The position numbers and the translations under genes were made by a program. From the NCBI GenBank assembly GCA_023334545.1, contig JAADVB010000043.1:33878-97877 (forward strand): a stretch of DNA of 64,000 nucleotides, read 5' to 3'. Under the pieces are notes generated by a model. It ran no database searches, was not told the DNA's origin, and saw nothing but the letters and a program-made list of their open reading frames with translations. How positions within the stretch are numbered: the first letter of the stretch is position 1; each line of letters opens with the position of its first letter. Positions 33,092 to 43,389 of this stretch are shown piece by piece. The DNA comes from Salisapilia sapeloensis CBS 127946 (taxonomy: Eukaryota > Protista > Oomycota).

Positions 33092-33314
33092 CTTCAGTAG
33101 CGTAGCAGTCGAATACTATCGACTAAGCCTTGAGATGTGAATGGAATATGCAACACTGCCAAGTACAAGGTCAGACATGCGACGGAAGACTCCATATCTG
33201 AGGAAGGATAAGGTGGCCAAGGAAGCGTCGATCGATTGACAAAAAGACTATTTTTAACCAATATCAAGTAACCGGGTAATCGTGTCTATCGTCGTCCTTG
33301 CTTCGTCACAATTC

Positions 33315-34727
33315 CTAGAGCTTGGACGAGATCGTCGGCTCGAAGACAATTCTATCTTGCAAAAGAGATTGGATCTCTTCGTCCGAATGATGCAGTTCGT
33401 CACGAAGAACTTGCCTCGTATCCTCTCCCATCTTTCGTCCACCCCATTTCGTTCGACCTGGCGTCGACAATAGCTTTGGTAAGATCGCCGGCACCTTCAG
33501 ATCACGCTTCGTACTGCTTCCATCAGCAGCAACGTCATCGATCTCGATTGTCTCAAACATGCCACGATGCTTGTAGTGCTCATTCTTCATGATATCTTCG
33601 ACCGAGTAGACAAGACCAACGGGCACATTTGCTCCTTCCATGACCTCCACAACATGATCAATCGAGTGCTCAGCTGTCCACTTGGCAACCGCAGCATCAA
33701 TCTCTTCCTGATAGTCCACGCGATCCTTGTTCGCAGCGTATTTCGGATTCTCCGCCATATCGTCTCGACCGATCGCACGCATCAACTTACCAAACAACGT
33801 GTCCGTATTCGCAGCGACGACAATGTCCTTGCCATCTCCACAAGTATACGTGTTGGAAGGTACGATACCGGTAATCGTTGAGCCAGATCGTTCTCGCACG
33901 ATGCCAGCGTAGTCGTACTCTGGGACGACCGCTTCGAGCAAATTGAACATACTTTCGTATATTGCTACATCGACCACCTGCCCACCTGGGGTCATCCCAC
34001 GCTCTCGACCGAGTAGCGCCGTGATGATTCCTAAAGCAGCGTGGATACCAGCGATAGTGTCCCCCAGACTGAGGTTCTGACGAGCTGGTACTTGGTCTGG
34101 AAATCCATTCACGTAGCGAAAGCCACCTACAGCTTCGCACACGGAGGCAAATCCGGGTCTAGTAGCAGGTTAGAAGTTGTCTGGATCGCAACAACTTAGA
34201 TGTATATACCTAGGAGAGTATGGTCCTTCTTGACCAAAGCCAGAGACGCGAGCAAAGATGAGACCTGGGTTTGTGTCCTCAAAATCTTGTGGGCCAAGTC
34301 CCCATTCTTCCATCCGACCAGGTTTAAAGTTCTCAACTAGTACATCACTTTGCGTGACGAGGTCCCGGACGATCTCCCGACCTCGCTCGGTCTTGATGTC
34401 CACCGACACTGATCGTTTGTTTCGTGCAAGTGAATGCCACCACAAGGACGTTCCAGATGAATCCAATTGCCGAAGGTCTCGCAATTGGTCACCACTTGGC
34501 GGTTCGATCTTGATCACATCTGCACCAAAGTAGCTCATGATCGTAGCGGCAAACGGGCCGGCGATCAGATGACCACATTCGACCACCTTAATCCCTTCTA
34601 ACGGGAGTTTCGGAGCTTTTGGCGACTGCGACGTCGATTCAGATGATGGGGGCGAGATATTCAATGTCGTGACGGATCTTTTCCATTTTGGAACGAACGT
34701 AGGTAGACGAGATCGGAGGTGCAACAT
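33315..34727 (-). CDS. Family III CoA-transferase (CaiB/BaiF, SUGCT/formyl-CoA transferase-like), probably mitochondrial
   Basis: PLEGIKVVE..IAGPFAA..GADVIKIEPP.GD, RNKRSV..D, DVLVENFKPG, SGFGQEGPY, LGDTIAG (catalytic Asp position). One ~51-nt intron near 34210-34160. Arg/Ser-rich, presequence-like N-terminus. Confidence 0.9.
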
Positions 34728-34843
34728 GGATAGTTAGGCAAAAGTACGAAAATGAAGTGCATGCAGGTGTCGTGCCATGAAGATTTGTATGCAAATTCGT
34801 GTTGTGCTCTCGTCTGTTCTAACATGGCGCACACGGTGTTCGA

Positions 34844-35581
34844 CTACGACGATTCGAGTGTCGCCTCCAGCATCGGCTGCCACGCGACCTCAGATGCGCG
34901 TTCCTTCCTACCTTTTAAAGGTACATTCCTAGTGAGGTCCATGGATGGCTTTCCAATGGGTGGCAACGGCTTTGGACGTCGGAAAATGTAGTAACTGTGA
35001 CGATGAAAAAATAAATATGAGTATGTCTATCGCTTCGAGGAAATGTTTGCGCTGTGGAGTATATGCATGCTATGTATACCGACCTGATGATACCAGCATG
35101 GTTGACACACAAGAAAGTATTTTCACACACAGATGCGTCTTCAAATGGAACTTGGATAGTAAAGTCATACAATTGTGCCAGGCTGTCTCCACCAGCACAC
35201 GTTATTCGGACGTAAAGGATAGTTTATGGGTGATATATCACCTCTTCATGCTGGTGGCAGGCGAGACGACAGTGGGTAGGATGGCAAACGCACAGAGGGA
35301 TCGATTTTGATGCGCTACTTGATGCTTTCCATGTTGCTTCTGACGGCGTTGTTGCCGGTTCTCCTGGATAGCATCAGTGGCTGCGTAACCGAAGATGATG
35401 TCGACTTCACGATCATTTGACCTCAACGGTGGTCCTCGTCGGAGCCGCCAGTCGCTGAGTGCGCGCTTGTGAATTAAATCACTCAATACCTAGATAAGCA
35501 ACGACGGGATATACATGAATAAGGATTAGCTCCCGTGAAACATTCAAGTACCTCCTGCGTGCTCATGGACAGCGGCTCCAT
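34844..35581 (-). CDS. Putative tRNA-splicing endonuclease subunit Sen15-like protein (175 aa, four exons)
   Basis: Exons 35581-35552, 35489-35242, 35182-35084, 34994-34844 total 528 nt in frame; introns 62, 59 and 89 nt, all GT-AG. Pattern FAILPT..SMKSLAQLYD..TFLCVNHAGIISYYIF resembles the Sen15 core. Gene model is more certain than the family call. Confidence 0.55.
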
Positions 35582-35803
35582 CCCTCTATCTCACTTGATT
35601 TTTAAACTGCGGTCTTTGATATGTCGTTCGATTGCTATTCCGACATGGGGTGTTCAAGGAGAAAACTTCGTCCGTGCCAAGTACCCACGCCCTACATGAC
35701 AATAAACTTTTTCAGTGGAAGTTTACGTACTCGTGACCTGTTTCCGTCAATTGTAGTCCTTGTCGCACATTGCGTAGGTTACTAGAAAGAAAGCTTGGTT
35801 GCG

Positions 35804-36454
35804 ATGGATGCACAAGACACAAGGGCAGCGACGCTCGAGGCTGTGGTCGAGCGACTCCACCGAGATCACATGTACGAGTTTCATGGCTCGTTGACCATCC
35901 ATTTGGTCGGTGCAGACCATCGCGAAGGCAATAGCAGCAGTGAAACACTCGATCTCTTCCGCCCATTCATCTCCTTCGCTACGGATGCACTCCATCTAGA
36001 ATCACTGGTCCTCGTGCTCATCGGACCGAATGTCGCTCGGTCATTGCATCAAGTTTCTACTACCACATCCGAATCGAATACGCAAGTGTCTTTAGCGTAC
36101 TACGTTGGTACATTTGAAGAGTATCAAGAGGATGCCAAGCTGTACGTGCGTCCTGACCTCGCTGTATGCTTCAATGCTGGCGTATGGGGATACGATAGCT
36201 GGTTATCGACACTCGAGACTCTTGCCTGCGCAGTCCAAACACCTGTAGTCATCACTTCCTACAATGAGAACGAAGCTGGAGATGACGAAGACGCCGTTGA
36301 TACTATCGTAGAGAAGCAAACAGGAAAGATAGAATGGCTGTGGCAAGCAGAGAAGAATCCTTATGGCTCGAAAGTAACTCGATCTACCGCAAATGATCTT
36401 GGGAGCATACTTCGAGAGAATGATCATTGGATGTGCATTGGGCCTGTGAGATAA
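35804..36454 (+). CDS. MSS51/ZMYND15 C-terminal-domain-like protein, apparently without a MYND finger
   Basis: LTIHLVGAD..RE, LVLIGP, RPDLAVCFNAGVWGYDSW..TL, PVVITSYNENEA, NPYGS pattern. Confidence 0.65.
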   Translation: MDAQDTRAATLEAVVERLHRDHMYEFHGSLTIHLVGADHREGNSSSETLDLFRPFISFATDALHLESLVLVLIGPNVARSLHQVSTTTSESNTQVSLAYYVGTFEEYQEDAKLYVRPDLAVCFNAGVWGYDSWLSTLETLACAVQTPVVITSYNENEAGDDEDAVDTIVEKQTGKIEWLWQAEKNPYGSKVTRSTANDLGSILRENDHWMCIGPVR

Positions 36455-36510
36455 CAAGGTCTCAGCTAGGTAGAAGGAAAAATTGGTATTTCATCCCAGC
36501 GATATGGAAT

Positions 36511-37527
36511 TTACTTGTCTAGAGCTATTCGGATAGACTCATTCGATCCTTTGCCCACCATTCTCCTCAGTCGCATCGTACCGTGTAGCTCTTCTACCGC
36601 TGGAATCGTCGATGCATATTTCTCGACGATAGCTTTCCACGTTGTGGATGGTTTCACAAGCGTTCGGAATGTGCCGGATGCGTGACGCTTGCGAATGTTG
36701 TCGAGCATCTCGCCACTCGATTTTCCGCCACCATGCTCAGTTGCTTCCCTCCTGCTGTTAAATGAAATGATAGTTGCGTCTTGGAAGATATCGATAGGAG
36801 AATCTTCATCTGATGGAGATAGTAAAGACTGTAGGACTCTTGGTGTTGGTGCCAAGAGAAAGTCATCAGGTTGCGTATGAGCAAAGAGAAGACCAAAGTT
36901 TAGTTCTGTCGTTTCGCTTGTTGAGGACTGTGTGGATGGTGGTAAATCGATACACAAGATCTGACTTTGTGCGTACATGGACGTATCATGTTCAAAAGCC
37001 TCACGCACGGTGCTTTCCGATGCAAAAGTGAAGGCAGCAAATAGCATATCATAGGACTGTAGTATCTTTGCTCGGACATGCGTCGCATACTCTGTCGTAT
37101 CCTCTGATAGTGGTGCTCCAGACTGATCTATACTCTCATTAGTCCGCTGCTTCTTTGCGTCAGGACTGTCACCATCGCTTTCCTCTTCACTATCGGAAAC
37201 AACCATCGGAGGTCTGTTCACTAGTGACGGGAAGCAGGTGCGAGCATCTCGTAGAAATTGCACGGACGTCTCACCAACGTCAATGATTTGTATGGAAGGC
37301 GTCGGTACTGTATGATTCTCATTCGAGGTAGCAGGCAATGGAAGCACAAGTAGTGTGCGCTGAGACGTCGGTTTAACACGTCCTCCTACTCCTGTTATCT
37401 GCCTATCACCTGCTGACTTGGATGCACCTGTCACCACAACATACTCTTCAATTGTTAGCGCTCCTTTCTGCTGCAAAGTCTCAGCCTCCAACGGTGCATC
37501 CGCCGTCCTTCCCGTAAAGATGAACAT
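36511..37527 (-). CDS. Hypothetical protein (338 aa)
   Basis: Intronless ATG-started ORF with coding-like composition, acidic patch followed by KKQR, flanked by short intergenic gaps. No domain recognised. Confidence 0.7.
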   Translation of the reverse strand: MFIFTGRTADAPLEAETLQQKGALTIEEYVVVTGASKSAGDRQITGVGGRVKPTSQRTLLVLPLPATSNENHTVPTPSIQIIDVGETSVQFLRDARTCFPSLVNRPPMVVSDSEEESDGDSPDAKKQRTNESIDQSGAPLSEDTTEYATHVRAKILQSYDMLFAAFTFASESTVREAFEHDTSMYAQSQILCIDLPPSTQSSTSETTELNFGLLFAHTQPDDFLLAPTPRVLQSLLSPSDEDSPIDIFQDATIISFNSRREATEHGGGKSSGEMLDNIRKRHASGTFRTLVKPSTTWKAIVEKYASTIPAVEELHGTMRLRRMVGKGSNESIRIALDK

Positions 37528-37712
37528 CTTGTGGCTTTTTATGCGATAAGATGTCGTAGAAATCTATGAAAGCGAAAGAAAATAAAAAAGTCTTTGGCCA
37601 TGCGATATGAATGTACTCGCAAGCTACTCTACCGATCTATACGCTTATAATGCTGCATGTACGAACTCGATATCATGAACGTAAACGAAAGAGTTGAATT
37701 TTACTATCCTCT

Positions 37713-40700
37713 CTAGATATACACATCACGCGGGATCTGAGGTGGTTTCAAGACCTCTTCAACGAGGAAGTCGACTGGGAATTCAACCAAGTGGCCTCGA
37801 ATCGTCGACAGTTTACCCCGAGCCTTCGTAAAGTCCGACGGTAACGTCGCTGCTGTCTGTAAGTGCGCGATCTGACCGTCGTTTTCATCACCCGACTTGC
37901 TCTCCTCGTCGCTACTTCGACCTGACTCGAGCAACGGTTCATCGCGCTCTTCATCCTGCAAATACTCTTGCTTGAACTTAGACCGTCGAGACGGATCATG
38001 CGATCCATCCAAGAACGAATGCCACTTGCGCATACTCTGACGAACGCCTTTACTAAACGACCCAGAGCTGCTGCGTAGCATATTTCGATCGACCTGATCC
38101 ACCTCTTCCTCCTCGTCCAAAACTCCTTCTTGCGCTGCTGCTACAAGCGCACTGTCCAAGTTACCCATGCTACGTGCCCCAGCAAACGGACCTCCTCGTG
38201 CACGGAACGGATTATGTCCTGGACTTATCGAGTGTTTCCAGAAGCTAGAGGCAGCAGGCGAACTCGGATTCGACATGTCACCTGCATGTTCCGAGAAATT
38301 GCGCCGTCGACCTTGTGGTACAGCAAACGAGCTAGAGCGAGGTAACGACAGCTCTCCTTCTTTCAGTCTTCTCCAGAACGATGGTTGTCGTTGATGTTGT
38401 TCATCATCACTGTCAGGTGTTTCAATCTCCCGCATCAACGCTTCATGCGCCGCCGAGTCTTTCTTCACCCACCGTCGACGACGCACCTGTGCTATCAATC
38501 GGTCTGTCATAAAGTGTTGCAGCTTCTCTCTCCTGCCCATATCATGTGCCCTCACTTCCTGGAATGTTGCAAAGTTACGAGCGTAGCACCATCCATCCGA
38601 ATCCATTGAAAAGATATGCTTGCGCTTCTTATCCTTGACACAATCGAGGACGTACTCGGAGAATCGAACTTTATCTTCCGGAATCGGCACGCCGTTCGCA
38701 TCAGTCCATGGCGCATAATCCTCTTCTTTCAGATTATCCTTATCCCACGCATGACCACCAGGTCCTTTGAGGACTTTAAGACGCTGGTTTTCGTAGATTT
38801 GAGTAATCTCGGCATCACGAAAGTCTGCGAAACCACGCATCTTGTTCGACGGAGCGCACTGGAAGACTTCTTCAAACGCAGTCGTGTTGTTCCGAGCGAT
38901 ACGAAGGATGCTCTGCCATGTTCCTTCACAAGTCGGATCACGAATACTTTGATTGTCATCACTTAGGCCAAGGTGTTCTCGCATCAGCTGCATCCGAAGC
39001 TTGGAAGCAGACACACCTCTTCGATATGGCTTGTCGTTCATGAGTCCTTCTTCGAAGAGACAGTCGTCGAGGACCAAGGCGATTTCAGAATCACGATCTC
39101 CGTTCATGCTCCGATCGTTGATGTTGGCACTACCCAAGATGATCCGACGATCATCAGCGATAAGAAGCTTGCAGTGGATGTACACTTGCTCCGTGGACAT
39201 GCAACCATTCGGCATCAACCCATAGTTACGCAGCCCAAAGAATGTGACGTAGCGACTCGCTTCGGGTGTAAAGTCACTCACCTTCTCCAGTAAGCTCATC
39301 CCGCCACGAGAGATGGTCGTGTACTGCCAGTGCATGACCGCATGCAAGTTCGTGAGCTTTTCACTACGAATGTTTCCTTCGAACGCTGGCATCAATGGCA
39401 TTAGAATGTATACACGGAACTGCTGGTTGTTATCAACTGCCTGTTTGATCCGATCGACAAGTGCCTGCAAGATGCGATTGCTTACGAGCGTATTGTCATC
39501 TGTACCGGAGATAAAGAACTGGTTCTCAATGTACACATAATGTCGAGCGTTCAAGATCGTATCAATGTATGCGTTCTGGATACTCCGTTCGATGCGGTCT
39601 ACACCAGCCGACCACTGTGCGACGGAACGTAGTGCCTGACAGTTGACGTACATGGAGTTCGGATGGAAGACTTTCAGGACAGAATCGCCGCGTTGAGCAC
39701 GTATCACTTCCCCTGACTCGAGCGAATTGGTGTCGATACTAGCGCTATCAATCGCTGTATTCGTCGGCATGAATCCACTCAAGTCACGGATTTCATCTCC
39801 CTGCAACTGCACCACCGGACCTTCACTATTGGTCGATAGATTCGTATTCGGGAACGGTCGTCGTATATCGCCATGTGTCTGTGCCGATGAACTGTCTGTG
39901 ACGTCACCCAAGGCGTTCAGAGTCTTTCCAGACGCGTCTTGATTCGTCGGATACCTCAGCTTCCAACCGTTAAAGTCCATCGGGATGATGCACTTCGGGA
40001 GCTTTACAAACCGTCTCGATCGACAGCAGATGCACCAGCCAGTACGTAATTGATAATCGTTCTTGCTACAGACAAAGTTCCATCGCTGGATGAAGTGGAA
40101 CGCCAGGTCCTGGACAACTGGTCCCGACACGCTCGAGTGGACGTCATGCCACGGCATACGAGGTGCTGACGACCGGTCAATCAAGTCCTCGAACGGTTTG
40201 TTGACACGAACAAAGTCTTTGATCACAGGATTCGAGTAGTCTTTCCCGGGCCATATCTGGTTCTCTAGCTTTGCTCCTCCGTCATCATTAATCGGATGAC
40301 CGCCATGGTCGTACCGGCCAAAGCACAAGTCCAATCCACCAACAAATGCGAGCGATTGGTCGATGCATACAATTTTCTCATGATGCGACCAGAAACCGAG
40401 ACTCTGGATCTGGAAGATCGGGTCTCGTAGCACACGAATGTTCGGATGACGCATGAGACTGCGTTTCGAATAGTGACTGTTGATCGTCAAGACGAACTTG
40501 ACTTCACGATAGATGAGAACGTAGATTTTGACACCTTCCTCCGCCTTGGCGAGCAGCAAGTTCCGGAGCTGCGTCTCATTTGTCTGGTCCTTGTCACTCT
40601 CTTTACGCTCAAACTTCCGTCCGGGACGTTTTAAGTACAAGTCAGGACAGACCCACCAACCAGCGATGAGCACTTCGTACTTGGCGTTCTTGATCGCATT

Positions 40701-42767
40701 GTACATGGCTTCGTACGTGTCTTCGGCATCGACATGCCAGCTGACAGTACATGGCGTGCTGAGACTGGACGGAATCGGCTGATCGTCGTCTTCATCGACC
40801 TTCTGGTTATCCTTTATCTGACTTAGATTCGAATGAGAGCTCGCGTGAGCTGCGTTCATGGCGCCATCCACTTCCACAGTGTTGATGCGTCGAGGTGCGA
40901 AGGACTCGTATCGGTAATCCGATTCCAGTCGCTTGAGATTCTGCAGACGCTGGACGCAACGGAACCAGTTATCTCTTCGGACCTGAGCATGCCAGATACC
41001 ACCGTACGTTGCGATGTAGTAGACGGACAGACCAATGATAGGGGACACGATTCCTCCAGCCAGTAGGAAGAGAATGTACTTGATCACTGTTTGCCAGTCG
41101 ATCGGTGCGATGGACGCAGGTACGCTACAGATTTTATTCGTCTTGTAGTACCCTTCTTCAGATCCGACAATTCCTTGGAGTTTGAGCTCTCCGAGACCCG
41201 GAACATCATATGTAATGCCACTATCGTAGTACTCGACATCCTCTGTCCACTCTCTTAGTACACCAACGACAGGGGCACTTGCAATGGTCGTCGTGAGCAG
41301 ATTAAAGTCCGACACGTCATCACTGTTCCAAAAGTAGGCTGGGTTACGCACATACAAATTGGTCGAATTCCCTGGTTCCTGTAGTTGGATGACAATGATA
41401 TTCTCCGTGTCTCGACTAACACGAACTCTCGATCCATCGGGGACATGGAAGTAGAAACCGCACAAGTGCGATTGGTCCACAGAGGAAGAGTTACTCACAT
41501 TCTGCCATGGTTGAAAGTCGGGCATCTCTGGTAACGTGACGCCACGTCCGTACTCGCTTGCAAGACTAACGGTGTGGAAGTCGTAGGCGTATGAAGATAG
41601 CTTCATGACTCCGTAGCAAACGACTATCAATGCAGCAAAGACTGTCGTACGCATGTAGTAGAACCCAGTGTCAATCTCAATGAACCCTGCACCACTACCG
41701 ACGATGACGCCGCTCGGCATCCACGACACACCCTGTCGATAGCTACCTTTTGTAGCTTGGAATGACTTGTCAAAGAGGAATACCTCACTTGGTTCTGAAT
41801 CGTTTCGACGACGATAGGCGGCAAAACAAGATGGCTTTAAGACGACCCACCGGCGGACGACTCCAAGCCGATGGTGGAAGAACTGATAGACAAAGGCGAC
41901 GACGTAGATGATGCCGAGGATACTGGCGATACCCAAGAGTATCCTCACAAAGCTCGTATCGAGTCGGACGCTCGGACCGTCCTCATCGACTGATGTTACT
42001 TCACTGCGGAAGAGTGACGGAAGGTTGGTTACGATTACGAGTACGATGGGGAAAATGAAACCCACGACAGACGACACAAAGGCTACACGCATGCCCGTTC
42101 GATAGAGCAGTCGATAGATATGCTCGACCGTTCGGCTAAAGCACGAATAAAGCGGCAGTTGGAACGCACCATTCACACGCATGTGGACGTATCCTTCCTT
42201 TAGCGATGGACCGTATCGAGACATGGCACGAGAAGGTGAGACTTCTAAGAAAGATAGCAAGGCTTCGGAATTCCGAATCATCCGGTCTTTTAATAACGTC
42301 CGGATGTGTTCCTGTACGACGCCTACGTCCTTCACGCGCTTTTCCGATCGTTTTTCACGCCATATTGTCCACGGAAGGAAGAATTGTCGTGACCAACCTT
42401 GTCGATGCCATAATAAATGCCATAGGATGCTTATCTGTAGTCGCACGAGTTGTTTTTGTGTGAATGTGATGTTCCATTCTGTAGTTCCCCATGTCACGCG
42501 CCCGATGAAAAGGCAGACGGGAATGATGCCTGTGCGGATGACCTTGGCACGATAAACGTTGAAATCAATCGCGTGTTCCAGCACCTCTTCTGCATCTTCA
42601 CCTTCATCACTCAGTTCATCATCGTCGTTCATGATAGTCATCTCACCGTCAAATCCGTCGACGACGTCACTCAACTCACCGTCGAACGAGACGGACGAGT
42701 CTACAACGTCGTGCAGGTCGTAATGGCGAGGGGTGTCGTCTTCTGTGGGGGAGTCTTGTGCCTGCAT
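37713..42767 (-). CDS. PLD: Transmembrane phospholipase D of the oomycete PXTM-PLD type, with an embedded DysF module
   Basis: Intronless 1684 aa. PX-like N-terminus (..NSEALLSFLEVS), PH-like strands split by TM helices (KEGYVHMR ... RRWVVLKP), further TM segments, IAGWWVCP, HKD1 HHEKIVCID, PRMPWHDV, HKD2 YIHCKLLIADD..GSANINDRS, C-terminal IRGHLVEFP. Confidence 0.92.
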   Translation of the reverse strand: MQAQDSPTEDDTPRHYDLHDVVDSSVSFDGELSDVVDGFDGEMTIMNDDDELSDEGEDAEEVLEHAIDFNVYRAKVIRTGIIPVCLFIGRVTWGTTEWNITFTQKQLVRLQISILWHLLWHRQGWSRQFFLPWTIWREKRSEKRVKDVGVVQEHIRTLLKDRMIRNSEALLSFLEVSPSRAMSRYGPSLKEGYVHMRVNGAFQLPLYSCFSRTVEHIYRLLYRTGMRVAFVSSVVGFIFPIVLVIVTNLPSLFRSEVTSVDEDGPSVRLDTSFVRILLGIASILGIIYVVAFVYQFFHHRLGVVRRWVVLKPSCFAAYRRRNDSEPSEVFLFDKSFQATKGSYRQGVSWMPSGVIVGSGAGFIEIDTGFYYMRTTVFAALIVVCYGVMKLSSYAYDFHTVSLASEYGRGVTLPEMPDFQPWQNVSNSSSVDQSHLCGFYFHVPDGSRVRVSRDTENIIVIQLQEPGNSTNLYVRNPAYFWNSDDVSDFNLLTTTIASAPVVGVLREWTEDVEYYDSGITYDVPGLGELKLQGIVGSEEGYYKTNKICSVPASIAPIDWQTVIKYILFLLAGGIVSPIIGLSVYYIATYGGIWHAQVRRDNWFRCVQRLQNLKRLESDYRYESFAPRRINTVEVDGAMNAAHASSHSNLSQIKDNQKVDEDDDQPIPSSLSTPCTVSWHVDAEDTYEAMYNAIKNAKYEVLIAGWWVCPDLYLKRPGRKFERKESDKDQTNETQLRNLLLAKAEEGVKIYVLIYREVKFVLTINSHYSKRSLMRHPNIRVLRDPIFQIQSLGFWSHHEKIVCIDQSLAFVGGLDLCFGRYDHGGHPINDDGGAKLENQIWPGKDYSNPVIKDFVRVNKPFEDLIDRSSAPRMPWHDVHSSVSGPVVQDLAFHFIQRWNFVCSKNDYQLRTGWCICCRSRRFVKLPKCIIPMDFNGWKLRYPTNQDASGKTLNALGDVTDSSSAQTHGDIRRPFPNTNLSTNSEGPVVQLQGDEIRDLSGFMPTNTAIDSASIDTNSLESGEVIRAQRGDSVLKVFHPNSMYVNCQALRSVAQWSAGVDRIERSIQNAYIDTILNARHYVYIENQFFISGTDDNTLVSNRILQALVDRIKQAVDNNQQFRVYILMPLMPAFEGNIRSEKLTNLHAVMHWQYTTISRGGMSLLEKVSDFTPEASRYVTFFGLRNYGLMPNGCMSTEQVYIHCKLLIADDRRIILGSANINDRSMNGDRDSEIALVLDDCLFEEGLMNDKPYRRGVSASKLRMQLMREHLGLSDDNQSIRDPTCEGTWQSILRIARNNTTAFEEVFQCAPSNKMRGFADFRDAEITQIYENQRLKVLKGPGGHAWDKDNLKEEDYAPWTDANGVPIPEDKVRFSEYVLDCVKDKKRKHIFSMDSDGWCYARNFATFQEVRAHDMGRREKLQHFMTDRLIAQVRRRRWVKKDSAAHEALMREIETPDSDDEQHQRQPSFWRRLKEGELSLPRSSSFAVPQGRRRNFSEHAGDMSNPSSPAASSFWKHSISPGHNPFRARGGPFAGARSMGNLDSALVAAAQEGVLDEEEEVDQVDRNMLRSSSGSFSKGVRQSMRKWHSFLDGSHDPSRRSKFKQEYLQDEERDEPLLESGRSSDEESKSGDENDGQIAHLQTAATLPSDFTKARGKLSTIRGHLVEFPVDFLVEEVLKPPQIPRDVYI

Positions 42768-43389
42768 TCCATTAACTAGAGAATATGGCGCAAGACGATA
42801 TCTGTTGATGTGACGACGCTTGCGACGGGATGGAAATGCCAGAAATCAGCAAAGGACGGAGTGGCTGAACGGTCTTTTCGTAGGCTCCGATCTTTTTTAC
42901 TGAACGCAGTACGATTAATCTGGCGAACGCTACAAAGAGCAACAGTTAGGTATCGCTGTGTGGATAAATGTATCGATAGGTGCACTGCACACGTAAAGAA
43001 GAGCACGTCCTCGACGACCTCTTCGCATGCACCCATACGAAGGAACAATAGGAAGGACACATACCTTGTGCAAGGTATGTCGCGATCGTCAATATGAACA
43101 AGAACTAGCGGGAATTGCTCAAGCTGGCTTTGTTGAGGCGACGAGCAGATCGGAACCGCAGTTGTCAGAGGTTCCTCCGCTGACTTGCTCGATACAATGC
43201 GACGACCAGAGCGTGCGTGTTGCGAGATCATACTTCGAGGAACATTCGGAAAACCTTTTGCGTATCTGAATGCTTGGTTGTGGTCGGTTTGAAATCCATT
43301 CGGACACCAGCTTCATAATTTTTTTTCGTCGCTGTCGCAAACGTATCTTTGTGTGGTGGACCTTGTAGTGCTTTCGAATGATTATAAAC

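Noticed and set aside
33315-34727. Horizontal transfer of the CaiB/BaiF CoA-transferase from bacteria
   Set aside because: Family is widespread in eukaryotes; the gene has an intron, a presequence-like N-terminus and ordinary composition.
34752-35310. Plus-strand ORFs 34752-34991 and 34945-35310
   Set aside because: Better explained as antisense to the four-exon Sen15-like gene.
42776-43340. 151-aa minus-strand ORF just upstream of the PLD
   Set aside because: Non-ATG start, no motif; more likely PLD 5' UTR/promoter, possibly with a UTR intron.
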